A DNA stretch of 63,665 bases, the filler included, from Octopus bimaculoides (lineage: Eukaryota), in assembly GCF_001194135.2 (NCBI RefSeq). It is 6 parts of 5 records of this genome, joined end to end, with 100 filler letters (N's around TTAATTAATTAA, not from the genome) between each part and the next. Parts side by side here need not be neighbours in the genome. Positions count along the whole stretch, not along the records: positions 1 to 30,948 come from NC_068990.1; positions 31,049 to 41,620 come from NC_068996.1; 4 more parts are not named here. One strand, given 5' to 3'. Every line of letters begins with the position of its first letter. Position 1 is the first letter of the stretch. The translations under genes were made by a program, and so were the position numbers. The notes under the pieces are model-generated. The model made no database searches. It saw nothing but the letters and a program-made list of their open reading frames with translations, and was not told the DNA's origin. This document shows, piece after piece, positions 26,790 through 38,875 of this stretch.

Positions 26790-27138
26790 AATTTTGGCTG
26801 GTTATACTCGAGATTGCTCCAATTTGGCCAGCCCCAAGGAAAAGCTAAGCGAAGAGCATTAGATTCCTTCGAAGAAAGCAGCGAATGTATATGAAAACAA
26901 GGACTGAAAAAAAACAGAGAATGTTACACAAATACAAATAAGAGGACATGCCTTACGGCATGTCCTGTTATTTGTATTTCCACACACGCCAGCTTAATGT
27001 AATTCGTCCTTAGTTGAAAGACACTTGTTGTTATGTTATTTGCATTTGTGTAACATTCTCTGTTTTTTTCAGCTCTTAGCTTAGTTTTCCTTGGGGCTGG
27101 CCAGATTGGAGCAATCTCGAGTATAACCAGCCGAAATT
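26790..27138. repeat. Long nested inverted repeat (fold-back)
   Basis: 26790-26857 pairs with 27072-27138, and 26904-26933 pairs with 27044-27072. Inner hairpin at 26931-26978. Confidence 0.85.
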
Positions 27139-27332
27139 ACAACGAGTTAAGGAATGGAGTAGATAAAATCTGAGCTACACATGATTCATAGCGAGTGGAA
27201 TCTCAAAAATGGTAAATATTCAAGTGAGGTGAATTCTACAGGCTGCTTGTCAAGCCGAGGGTATCTTGATTAAATATATATATATATATAATAAATTGGA
27301 AATGTAAAAATAAAAACAAAACACAAAGGATT

Positions 27333-27416
27333 CTGCGGTGCACGTGTTTCAAACTTTATAGTTGTTGCATCATTATTGGTATATAATTGATAGTATAAAG
27401 CTATCTTCAGCTGCAA
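27333..27416 (-). ncRNA. Degenerate type I hammerhead-like motif
   Basis: tgcag-CTGAAGA-tagctttata...tataaagtt-t-GAAA-cacgtg-c-a-ccgca. Position 16.1 is C instead of U. Paralogue at 42098-42197. Confidence 0.5.
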
Positions 27417-27645
27417 ATGTATTCTTTCCCAAGAATTATATCACATAGAAGAAGTTAAAGGAGGAAAAAACATGAGAGATAAAAGGTGAGATTGCGTTTG
27501 GTATTTTCCATCGTAATATACCTTGTAGAATTCTTAATTTGATATATTTACACAGAAGTTCCTCGGTACTCCAGAATCCGTCCATACTGTGCCACAATTC
27601 AGTGTAGAGTGAACGCTAAATAAACAATACTAGTTNNNNNNNNNN

Positions 27646-27688
<43 letters not shown>

Positions 27689-28677
27689 TGTATATACGAC
27701 GATCTTTCAGTTTCCGTCTACCAGATCGACTCACAAGGCTTTGGTTGGCCCGAGGCTATAGTAGAATACACTTGCCCAAGGTGTCACGCAGTGGAACTGA
27801 GCCCGGAGTCGTGTTGTTGGGAAGCAAGCGTCTTATCACACACATACATACATACACACATACACGAGTCCACGTACAAACGCATACATATTCATATATA
27901 CATACATGTTCTCATCTGAGAAGTATTCTGACACATCCACACACGCGTCTGCGCGGACGCACAGGCACCCTCTCTCTCACGCATGCACACACGCACACAC
28001 ACACACACATATATATATAGACAGAGGAGGGAAGAGAGACAGATGGGAAGGTGAAGAGAGTAGGAGTGAATGTGTGTTTGTCTGTGTTCAAAAGAAAGAG
28101 TGGTTTCCATGTTTATGTATCTCTTTGTTTAAACTAGCCATTATTTCCTTTGAAATGCTTTGTTCTGGGAGCATTTGAGGACAGTAGAATAGGTTATAAA
28201 GGATATATATCCTTTGAACTTCTTTGAAAATCACTGATAATAAACAGCTAAAGATTTATCAGAATTTCCTCATTATTATAAGCCATTCTTTGATTTTCAT
28301 ACTCAAACATGCCTTATCAATTTCGGTGTGAGGTTAATTTTGGAAAATAATAATAAATTTCTCAATATTTCTATGATAAGCTTCAGATAAATATAATAGC
28401 ATTGAGTTAATAAATTGTAAAATTTCTTGACCTTTACAAGTAGAAAATAAGAGATTCTATTAATAGAATAAAATAAAATAGCTTTATGGTTTCACCTAAA
28501 GTTTTTCTATGGTTTCTAGATAATATGATGGCTCAGTCGTGAAATATGAAACATTATATTTCAGACCTTTGATTTAAGACCTGCATAGAAATATATGTTT
28601 GAGCTGATATGAATAATAAATCAGTAAGAAGACAGAATCAGAATCGTATCTCTTTTTCACATATGCACACACAAAGA

Positions 28678-28715
<38 letters not shown>

Positions 28716-30909
28716 TATACACGTACTTAAAAACCATGCCAGGAAATATGGATAAGTACTGTTTAATTTGCAGTAATAAAGGGAAGAAAATTAGTAAACT
28801 GCATGGTGAATGACAGAAAAATTAATAAAATGGTGTTGTTTTAGAGGAAACAATATTGAAAAATTAAGATATTTAGTACCATCAGATTTATTTGACTGAG
28901 TAGGTTAAGCTAGAAGAGCTGAATAATTAAGGGGTTTGCTTCTCAATCATGAGGTCCTGTGTTCAATCCTACTGGGTGGGACACATTTTTATCTTTTACT
29001 TGTTTTAGTCTGTAAACTATAACCATTCTGGGGCACTGCATCAAAGGGTGTTGTTGAACAAATCAACCACAGTACTTCTTTCTTAAGTCTGGTTACACAT
29101 TCTATTGGTTCTTTTGCCAAACTACTAAGTTATGGCAACATAAACAAACCAACACCAGTTGTCAAACTATAGAGATAGAAGCTACAAACACAAAGGCACA
29201 CATAAAGAGCCTGTCAGATACATATTATAAACTTTCACACAGTTTCTGTCTACTGAATTCACTCACAAGGCATTGGGTAGTTTGGGGCTATAGTAAAAGA
29301 CACTTGCTCAAAGTGCTGCACAATGGGATTGAACCTGAAAGAAAAACGTGGTGACAAAGCAAGTCTTTTAACCACATGACAAAGCCTGCTTTTAATATAT
29401 TTTACTATAAGCCTCAGATCAACCCAAGTCTTCTGAAAAAAAATTTGGTAGACAGAAACTTTGTAGAATAAACACTTGATTGAGTGTATCTGTCTTTTAA
29501 AGGCTCCACTGTTATACTGTGGTACACTGATACTACCTGAGGATTACGTTAAAGGTATGTATGTCTGTGGAATACTCAACCACTTGCATACTGATTCAAT
29601 AACAAAGTAATACAGCTGATAGAACAACTGAATATTCATTGTCAAAACTGTTGAATATCCATTTACAACACCCTAGGTCTTGAGTTCTAGTTCACACCAT
29701 TGCAAGTGGAAAGTAAATAAAAATAAGTATTGGAAAAGAAAAAAAGGAAGAATTGGGGTCAGAGAAGAGAAACTCACAGAAAATAGTGCCATATTTCATT
29801 TAAATAATAGCTGAAGTAATTAAATAATATTTTAAATCACCTGTTACGTGCTGACACCACATGAAAAGTATCTGTGCTGGCACCACATAAAAAGTGCCCA
29901 TGCTGGTGCCACATAAAAATCACCCAGTACACTCTCTAAAATGGTTGGCATTAGGAAGGGCATCCAACCATAGAAACCATGCCATGACAGACAATTGGAA
30001 TCTGGTGCAGCTCTCTGGCTTGTGAGCTACTGTTGAACTGTCCAACCCATGCCAGCATGGAAAACGGACGTTAACTGATGATTGATGATAATGATGTTAA
30101 CTGACAATAACTAAATTGTATACAATGTTAACACAGTTTGTATAATGTACAAAGATTGGCAATAGCAATTTAGTGTGGATTTTTAATTATTTATTCTTTG
30201 TTGGAAGTTCACAATTTTAAATAATCATTGTGTAAAGACAAGAATGATCACATTCATATTTTCTTGAGTTTTCATACATTTTTTATTTTACTAATATCAT
30301 TTATATTTAAATGTAGAAAGACAAATAAGTTAATGGAAACAATGTTTTTAATACAACAAACACAATTTGGAATTTTCTGCAATACAATTTACCTGATAAT
30401 ATTATAAAGTAGTTCATAGTTATTGAAGACCAAATTAGTAAATGTATTAAACTACTGTATAAAAGCTAGGTGAAGATAATTTAACACTACAATTCAAGGT
30501 TGGCACCTTTCATTCAACACAACATATGCAATGTTAAGACAAAGTGAAAATGATTGTGAGAATAACTCACTGAGCAAAGTGACATAGTTTTGTATGGGTT
30601 GCTGAGTGGCTGTCAAGTTTGAGGTTAATTTATACTTTTCTTTCTTTTTTTTTTTCTTTTATTTGTTTCAGTCATTTGACTGCAGCCATGCTGGAGCACT
30701 GCCTTCATTCTTTGTAAGCCTAGTACTTATTCTATCGGTCTCTTTTGCTGAACTGCTATCTTACGGGGATGTAAACACACCAACATCGGTCATCAAACGA
30801 TGGTGACGTGGGGACAGACACAAACACACAAACGTACACAGACACACAGACACACACATAAGCTTACTTGGAAATGGATTCATAGCATTCAATCATATAA
30901 TAATATAAG

Positions 30910-30948
<39 letters not shown>

Positions 30949-30992
30949 NNNNNNNNNNNNNNNNNNNNNNNNNNNNNNNNNNNNNNNNNNNN

Positions 30993-31004
30993 TTAATTAA
31001 TTAA
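30993..31004. other. Artificial six-frame-stop gap marker TTAATTAATTAA (also 41665, 52702, 59930, 61534)
   Basis: The identical 12-mer sits in the middle of N runs five times. Confidence 0.9.
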
Positions 31005-32308
31005 NNNNNNNNNNNNNNNNNNNNNNNNNNNNNNNNNNNNNNNNNNNNTTTTTTTTTTTTTTTTCGTTATTTGTGATATATTCTGCAGCACTTTCTAACA
31101 GGTCGAAATATTCACTACAGCTACTCTTACAATTTTTGTTCCTTCATTTAGCTGCCATACTTGTTTTGCAAGCGATAATGGTTCAATTCCTAAAACGGTA
31201 GGCGAGATGACAAAGATGAAGTTTATATACATTGAGTTGCTTATACTTTTAGTCTTTTAACTTCGTGCAGCTTCCAGTCACCTCTGTTAACTTCGTGCTG
31301 CTTCCAGTCATCACTGCAGTCATGCTGGAGCACAATACCGCTTTCATAATTTCTTTTCTTTTCTTTCTTTTTATTTTTAATTTTATTTATTTATTTATTT
31401 ATTTATTGGTATAGTTGACTATACCAACTCCGAAATTGGATCTCCAGCAGATTCGACTTTGAGTATTTAGATTTTTTGCTCAACTGAATTATCTGCACAT
31501 TGAATTAGCGTGTAAGTGATGAGTATTCCAGAGATGTGCACCTATATATGGCAAGAGTGGGTCTTTCTACTCCAGGTGCAATCCCTGCGACCATAATTAC
31601 AGACATGTTTCCTCTTTTCAGCTTCACTGAAAAGACTTGGATTTGCCTTAGATTAAAGTAAATATACAAAGTGCTTCGTAATAGGATCAAGCAGTAATCC
31701 TCTGATGACAAAGCAAACTTATCTTTTCAGGGAGCACTACGTCTGGAATTGTATTTCATGGGACTATGTCGAATAAATGGGTCCTTATTTGACGAAAACG
31801 AACGTATCTAAACAAGCTAATTGTATTCGAAGAACCGACACAAAAATTTATAATAGAAATTCAAACATGCAGAAATATGCATATATGTATGTATACTGTA
31901 TGTATATTAGTGTGTATATATGTACATATACTTGAGTAGACATATGTCTGAATAATGAAAACACGTATTTATATAAACAATTAAGGCCACACTAAGCAGC
32001 GATGATTAAGATAAGTCTGTATACATCCACATGTGGCAAAATAGTGTACGCTCGAACGAGGAAAGACTTTCCATATCCTTTATATATGTGCATATATGTA
32101 TATGTGTGTGTATGTGTATGTGTGTATGTAGATATGTATTTACGTGTGTGTTTGTATGTGGAGGGCTGCATCCGGTTTACCGTTACAAACCACTCAAATA
32201 TATAACAAGCAACACCTACCCCCACATACCACATAGTGCGGTGGAACCCAGCAGACTGTGGCAGCGTAGTGGACTTCGTAACCAGTCGTCCATGCTGCGC
32301 CTACGATA

Positions 32309-32366
<58 letters not shown>

Positions 32367-32399
32367 AACATACATATATATATATATATATAATAGAAA

Positions 32400-32860
32400 T
32401 AGGTTTCAAATAGAAAAATAAACTACAGGTGGTAGATATATAGGGAAAGTAGGATAAAAGAAAAATGTACATTGGATATAAAAAAATATAAAGGCTTTTT
32501 TTTATGAAAAGTAACGATAAATATATACAATTAGATGAACTGAGGAATAAAATTCATTATTTTGAATTGTTAAAGAGATTCAAAGCCACACCGGTTTCGT
32601 CAACTGCTGTTCACTGGCTTCGAATGTGTACCGATTACCAAACGATGTCGGGTCTACTAGTCCCCGAGTAAAAAGATTATATGCAAGGGAGGTAAGTAGT
32701 TCTGGGAGTGGTGTAATTAGGGTAGAAGTAATACTGTAATATGAATGGTAGATGGAATTTATGAGAGTTAGTGGTATTAATGGTAAGGTTAGTAGTGTTC
32801 AATATTATGATATGTCTTTATGTTGAGTTGTGGATGATATATATCGATGAAAGTTGCTTC
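32400..32860 (-). mobile_element. Penelope-like element 3' end (GIY-YIG C-terminus plus tail with HHR-like remnant at 32585-32618)
   Basis: EEATFIDIYHPQLNIK resembles the PLE E..FI..x.PxLN terminus. The tail has gcca-GTGAACA-...-GAAA-ccggt-g-tggc. Confidence 0.55.
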
Positions 32861-32914
32861 TTCATTCATTCTTATATTCATATATTTACACACACACACA
32901 CACATATATATATA

Positions 32915-33076
32915 GGTGGCAGGCGTGGCTGTGTGATAAGAAACTTGTTTCTCAATCACATAGTTCCAGGTTCAGTCCCACTGCAATGCACCTTGGGCAA
33001 GTGTCCTCTACTATAGTTTCGGGCCGACCAAAGCTTTGTGAGTGGATTTGGTAGACGAAAACTGAAACCAGCCCGT

Positions 33077-33080
<4 letters not shown>
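32915..33080 (+). mobile_element. tRNA-head SINE family A
   Basis: ggcgtggctgtgtgataagaaac...ggttcagtcccactgc...gggcaagtgtcctctactatag...gtagacgaaaactgaaa. Confidence 0.85.
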
Positions 33081-33134
<54 letters not shown>

Positions 33135-33478
33135 TGTGTGTGTGTGTGNNNNNNNNNNNNNNNNNNNNNNNNNNNNNNNNNNNNNNNNNNNNNNNNNNNN
33201 NNNNNNNNNNNNNNNNNNNNTATGTATGTGCGTTTTTGTGTTTGTGCTTGTCTCCCACCACCGCTTGACAACCGATGTTGGTGTGTTTACGTTCCCATAA
33301 CTTAATGGTTCGACAAAAGCGACCGATAGAATAAGGCTTAAAAAACTATGTCTTGGGGTCGATTTCTTCGACTAAAAACCCTTCAAGATGGTGCTCCAGC
33401 ATGGCCTCAGCGATGAAACAAGTAAAAGATAAGAAAAGAAATATATATGTGTATGTGTGTGTGTGTCTGTGTGTATGA

Positions 33479-33528
<50 letters not shown>

Positions 33529-33624
33529 GAAAGAGTATGTTTGTATATATAAATGTTTACATGTATATATCTATGAGTTTGTATTGTATCGAAATATATG
33601 TAAATATGTATATATAATCTATGT

Positions 33625-33905
33625 GAATGCAGGTAGCTTAGTGGTTAGGATATTCGGCTAACGCGTTGTGTCCTTGAGCAAGACACTTTATTTCACATTG
33701 TTCCAGTCCACTCAGCTGGCAAAAATGAGTAGTACCTGTGTTTCAAAGGGCCGGCCTTGTCACGCTATGTGTCACACTGAGTCTCCCTGGGAACTACGTT
33801 AGGGGTACACGTGTCTGTGGATTGCTCAGTCATTTGCACATTAATTTCACAAATAGGCAGTTCTGTTTATCGGATCAACTGGAACCTTCTTCGTAATCGA
33901 CTCGG
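33625..33905 (+). mobile_element. SINE family C
   Basis: gcttagtggttagg...gtccttgagcaagacac...gggtacacgtgtctgtgg...ggatcaactggaacc. Confidence 0.85.
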
Positions 33906-33939
33906 TTTGTGTATATATTCTTTTATTCTTTTACTGGTT

Positions 33940-35880
33940 TCAGCCAGAGGCTGGGGCCATAATGGAGCATCGCCTCTCAGTGTTTTTTGAGTTCCCTTTC
34001 GGTATTACTTTTGGTGAAGAAGCGAGTTGGATGAAGCTGCTCTTCTTTGTGCTTCCTGTCGTAATGTGGGCTCACCTGGGATTTCAGACAGAAATTTGTC
34101 CAGGTGCTTTTTGAACGTTTCCACATCTACACTTTGCAAATCTCTTAGATTTCTAAACAGGATGTTAAACAGTTGTGGTTCCTTGAAAAACAAGCTGTTG
34201 CAATACTGGGTCCTTACTGAGATGAAGAAGACGGTATCTTTGGTATTATGCAGTACCGTCCAGTTCAGTGGTTGGTATAGCTTTTAATTCCAAAGTTAGG
34301 AGCTAGATCTTTCAGGATCTTCCATATGTATACCACTGCAAACCTTTCTCGCCTTCTCCCAAGGAGTAGAGCTTCAGTTCTTGTAGCCTCTCCCAGGAGG
34401 TCGTCTATTTCACCGATTCAGTCTTCTTTGTGTAGTGGCACTGGATTGCCTCAAGTTCCGCCACCACAGTTGAGAGCAGTAATCCAGACGACTGAGGACA
34501 AATGTCCTCCATAGGAGTAGCAAGGTACCCTTATTTCTGGTTCTGAATTATCTAAGGATCCATCCAGCTAATCGCCTGTACAGTGTTGCCTTCCTGATAA
34601 TATGCACATGGAATGTTGCATTACTGCTCATGTGGATTCCCAGGTCACTTAATGATTCTGAATCTAGGATTGCACTATCCTCTTGTCTTATGTATTCCAA
34701 ATGAAGTCTGTTCGTGGGCCGATAGCGGAGTGCATGAAGCTTATCAGCATTGAACTACATATTATTTTCATCAACCCATTTACATATTGCATGCAGATTA
34801 TTTTGCTATTTTACTATGTTATCAGGGTCCTTGACCGTCCGAGATACTTTTGTATCATCAGCGTAGCTGGTGAGAGTGGCTGACTGTACGACTGACGGCA
34901 TGTCTGAGAGAGCAGTCCCCAGAGAGAGCACTATTGGCTGCAACTACCTGATTTCTGTTCTTTAAGTCGTGCTGCTACTCTCCCAGTTTTCCAGTGATTC
35001 CAAGGTCGCGTAGTTTATGGCATATCATCCCAACTTTATCAAAGGCCTTAGCAAAGTCGAGATACATCACATCTACATTTGAATGGCTGAGCTGTTGTTT
35101 CAGTACCCAATCATAATGTTGTAGTAGCTTTGTGATGCAGCTCCTCCCTGAACAGAAACCATGTTGTGTGATTGTGTGCAAGTTATTCGCTTCTTGGAAC
35201 ATGATCAGTCTCCTTCTGATAATACGTTCCATGACCTTGCTAACATGTGAAGTCAGAGAGATAGGTCTGTAACTTTTAGCATCTACTTTGCTTCCCCCTT
35301 TATGGACAAGGCATATGATACCCTCTTTTAACAGTTTGGGAAGTTTTCCACCGGCAAGGAAATTCTGTAAAAATATCTGCAGTAGTTTTGCGAGAGCTTT
35401 CAAGTATGTTTTTAGGAGAACTGACAGAAATCCATCCGGGTCCGTTGCTGAGTTTGAGCTCATCTCATCAATGGCCGATAATACATCTTCCTCTTTTATG
35501 TCGATGTAATCGATGCTTGCCTTCTCCCCATGTAGGTCGTCTACTTGCCAGTTTCCCACAGGAGAGATGAAGACACTCTGGAACACTTATCCACTTGGGG
35601 TCTGCAGTTAGTAAGCCATCTTCTTCAAACAGTGGCCCTATATTGACAGCACTGAAGTAGACGCTTTCTCGAACTTGTAGAAGGCTTTAGGATTTATTTT
35701 TATATCTTCCACCACCCTGATTTCTCTTTCTACCGTTTCCTTTCCATGGGAGAATCTGAGTTTATTTTCGATCTCTAAAAGTCTCTCTTCTTGGAGGGAT
35801 TTCTCGCTGTTAATAAGTTGTTTATTTAAGCGATTGGAGATCTTTATTCTCTGTCTCTTAAGGACTCTTCTGTCTCAAGG
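33940..35880 (-). mobile_element. CR1/L2-group LINE, decayed RT and 3' end
   Basis: ORF 34975-35586 has SYRPISLTSHVSKVMERII, QHGF and YLDFAKAFDKV. Downstream fragments include RRRERFAVVYIWKIL and KKHLDKFLSEIPGEP...RAASSNSLLHQ. Confidence 0.92.
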
Positions 35881-36149
35881 AATGATGTCTGTGTATAAAT
35901 AATATGGATATATAAGTTTATATAAATACATAAAATTGAATTAGTTAAAAGACAATAGGACACATGTATATTTGTGCATACATACATGTATGTGTGTGTG
36001 TGTATCGGGTTATCAGATACATGCGTTCGTCTTTTTCAAAGTTATTTGACTAAACACGAAATACATTTTTATTGCAGTCTTTATGTCGTTTGTAGCTCTA
36101 TTCTTCCTTTACAGCCACTCACAGAAAAGGATCTTAGTCTTCCGTGCCT

Positions 36150-36680
36150 GCTTATTTGAACGTCAAATCAGACATAATTAAACCTTGCATAACCCTGGAA
36201 AACTATTGGATTTTCGGACTGATACAGGAATCAGGGCTTTACTTTCATATTAGAGGAATTTCATCCCAGAAGAAGCGTCAGACGAGTTTTTGGAAACCTT
36301 ATGTCCTGGTGTTGACTTTTCTTCTCAAGAAATATAAATTCAACTAAGCATGGATTTCCAGAAAAGTGCAGTTTCATCAGCATTGTATACTTGCTCTGGT
36401 GTGTAACTCCCATCAGCAATCAGTTTTTCAAGTGCTCAGCTTTAATTAGTAGCAACTACTAATTAGTAGTAACTTAATCAGTAGCAGTTTCACCAGTCAT
36501 TTTTATCATGTACAAACTGAAACGATTCTTAAACCTTTCAAACCAGCCTTTATGCGCTAGAAAAGGTTTAATATAAGAAATCACATCTTCCCCTTTCTAC
36601 TAATCATCATAAAACTTTTTGTTATTTTAATAACCATCGTCATTTATCGACTCATTCCGCCGGTTCTACGGATATGTCAT
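36150..36680 (-). mobile_element. pogo/Tigger transposase remnant
   Basis: FLAHKGWFERFKNRF (CENP-B-like HTH) and IADGSYTPEQVYNADETALFWKSM (first catalytic D motif). Confidence 0.85.
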
Positions 36681-36885
36681 AGCCCAGACACATAGGTTTC
36701 CATTGAGCCTACAGAATGAAACGTTGGGAACTTGAGAATAAAAGAAATCATCTTACCAAGCAAGACTAACCTGCGTATTAACAACAGAACCGAACTGCAC
36801 GCAACTGATTGGCTACTATAGGAACGCAAATCTACCCTTCATATATACACACCACAGAACAAAAAAGGGCATCATTACCCAGCAG

Positions 36886-36925
36886 ATTTCCTGAAGAAGG
36901 GTTCTCAACCCCGAAATATTGAAAT
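36886..36925 (+). ncRNA. Minimal type I hammerhead ribozyme motif, PLE-type
   Basis: atttc-CTGAAGA-a-ggg(ttctcaa)ccc-c-GAA-ATAT-T-gaaat. Stem I 5 bp, stem II 3 bp, palindromic stem III ATAT. Confidence 0.6.
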
Positions 36926-38386
36926 ACAAGATAAAAGTACAAACTTTAGAGCTGTATTTTATAAATCTTGCATTACTTTGGTTTCATATAAAAAAGATTA
37001 TAAACATTTCCGTATATCCGACCATACTTCATGCAAGCTATGTGTATATCTTTGTATTCATGTATGAGTGCATGAATATATTATAATCATAATTTCTCAA
37101 ATTGTTACCAACTTTAACCTTTTCTGATATGCCGAGATGCGGTCTTTTGGTTAAGAAGAAAGTGTAGTTTTAAATTCCTAGCATTTATCCGAGTTTCTAC
37201 ATACCGAAATTATTGAACATACTACTTTATAATTTCCGCAAGCACGAAATGCCTTAACCTGATGTATCCATAACGTGGGGACGCCCTTACTCACACAGGT
37301 CCATAAGCGCGCACACACAGACACACATATACACACATACACAAATATATATATATAAATACACACATACACACATACATACATAAATATATATACAAGC
37401 ATACATACACGCACAAGCACACATATACACGCACACATATATACCCATACACATACACACGTGTATGCTTTAGACTCCACACCTCGGTGAGATAGCTACT
37501 AAACTACATTCCATCGGAATATGGGTTCGTGATCAGCAATATCTAATTCCCTTGGTATGAAAATATAGATGTTCTACATATTAAGATTTGCTAAAGATTT
37601 ACCAATCTTGACGTATAATAGCAGAATAAAATTATGGATAGATTATGTCTTCTATGTCATTCCATAGCTAAGATTGTCCATTTCTTGAGATAAAGATAAA
37701 AATTATAGATAACAAAATAAAGTAGGTGACATATATATAACAAAGAATATAGTTTTCAACTATGTTCTCTCCTAAGATTGCGGCATCAGTACAACTTATA
37801 TGGTCTTTGCATAATCTTATGAATCGAATGCTTCAGAAAATATACATTTTCAAAAGAAATGATGTATTTCATAATTTTGTATAAACTTCTAACAATTTTA
37901 TAGTTTTCAAAATAAACATGAAATTTCGTACGATACCGATAGTAGTAACTGCTATGTAAACATGTGTCCAGTCATACTTTTAAATATCTTGGAAAACACA
38001 CAGTCTATACTAGTCATCATTAAATTCCACATATTTTAGAATTGCATTAGGGTTAATGTTTCTCCGGAGAAAAAGAATTTGTATGTATTCAGCCTGTATT
38101 TGTCGTAGCTTGCCCTAGCATGAATTTTGCAGAAAGAGATCAAATGAGTTATTATTTATAAATTGAAGTAAAGACATTACTATTTTTAAAATAGTAGGAT
38201 GTGTGATTTGAGAAAAATTTATGCTAGTCATTTCTAGTAGGCTTACCATGATAGCTTTTCAGTTGTCTTCGTGTGTATTCTCTATTTTCAAGGCAGTACC
38301 ATCTGATTTGTGGGAGCATTATATACGTTATTAACATAAGAATATTATAATGATAAGCACTTTCAATATGCTAGTAAAAGTTATAC

Positions 38387-38527
38387 CTACGTGGTTAATA
38401 TATATGTGCACATTTCGCTTGTTTGTTTTTTCGCTCAAACGTAATTTCTTCGGTTTATAGATAAGCGATAACATGTTTCTTCCAATAACATGTCTCTTCC
38501 AATATGCTTTACTAGAAATCCGATCTT
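38387..38527 (-). CDS. Candidate symmetric (phase 1-1) exon EDRISSKAYWKRHVIGRNMLSLIYKPKKLRLSEKTNKRNVHIYINHV
   Basis: Acceptor tgtttatag|, donor gtag|gtataa, 141 nt, open frame. No recognised domain. Confidence 0.25.
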
Positions 38528-38740
38528 CTATAAACAGTGTATGCAAATTTCCTTTTCCTCGCTAGTGATCGGTATAAACACGTGAAACATTGCCTGGAGC
38601 AATTTTAACAGAGATTAATTTTAATATCAATTAATATACAACTAGTTTCTCAACATATTTAAGTAAATTACATCAGTTTTTATACACACACAAAACGTAT
38701 TAACTTAGTAAATCAACAAATCTTATATACATGCATGCGC

Positions 38741-38798
<58 letters not shown>

Positions 38799-38813
38799 NN
38801 NNNNNNNNNNNNN

Positions 38814-38875
<62 letters not shown>

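Noticed and set aside
31505-31711. ORF QIQVFSVKLKRGNMSVIMVAGIAPGVERPTLAIYR
   Set aside because: It is unique sequence, but several frames on both strands are similarly plausible and no consistent acceptor-donor pair or motif was found.
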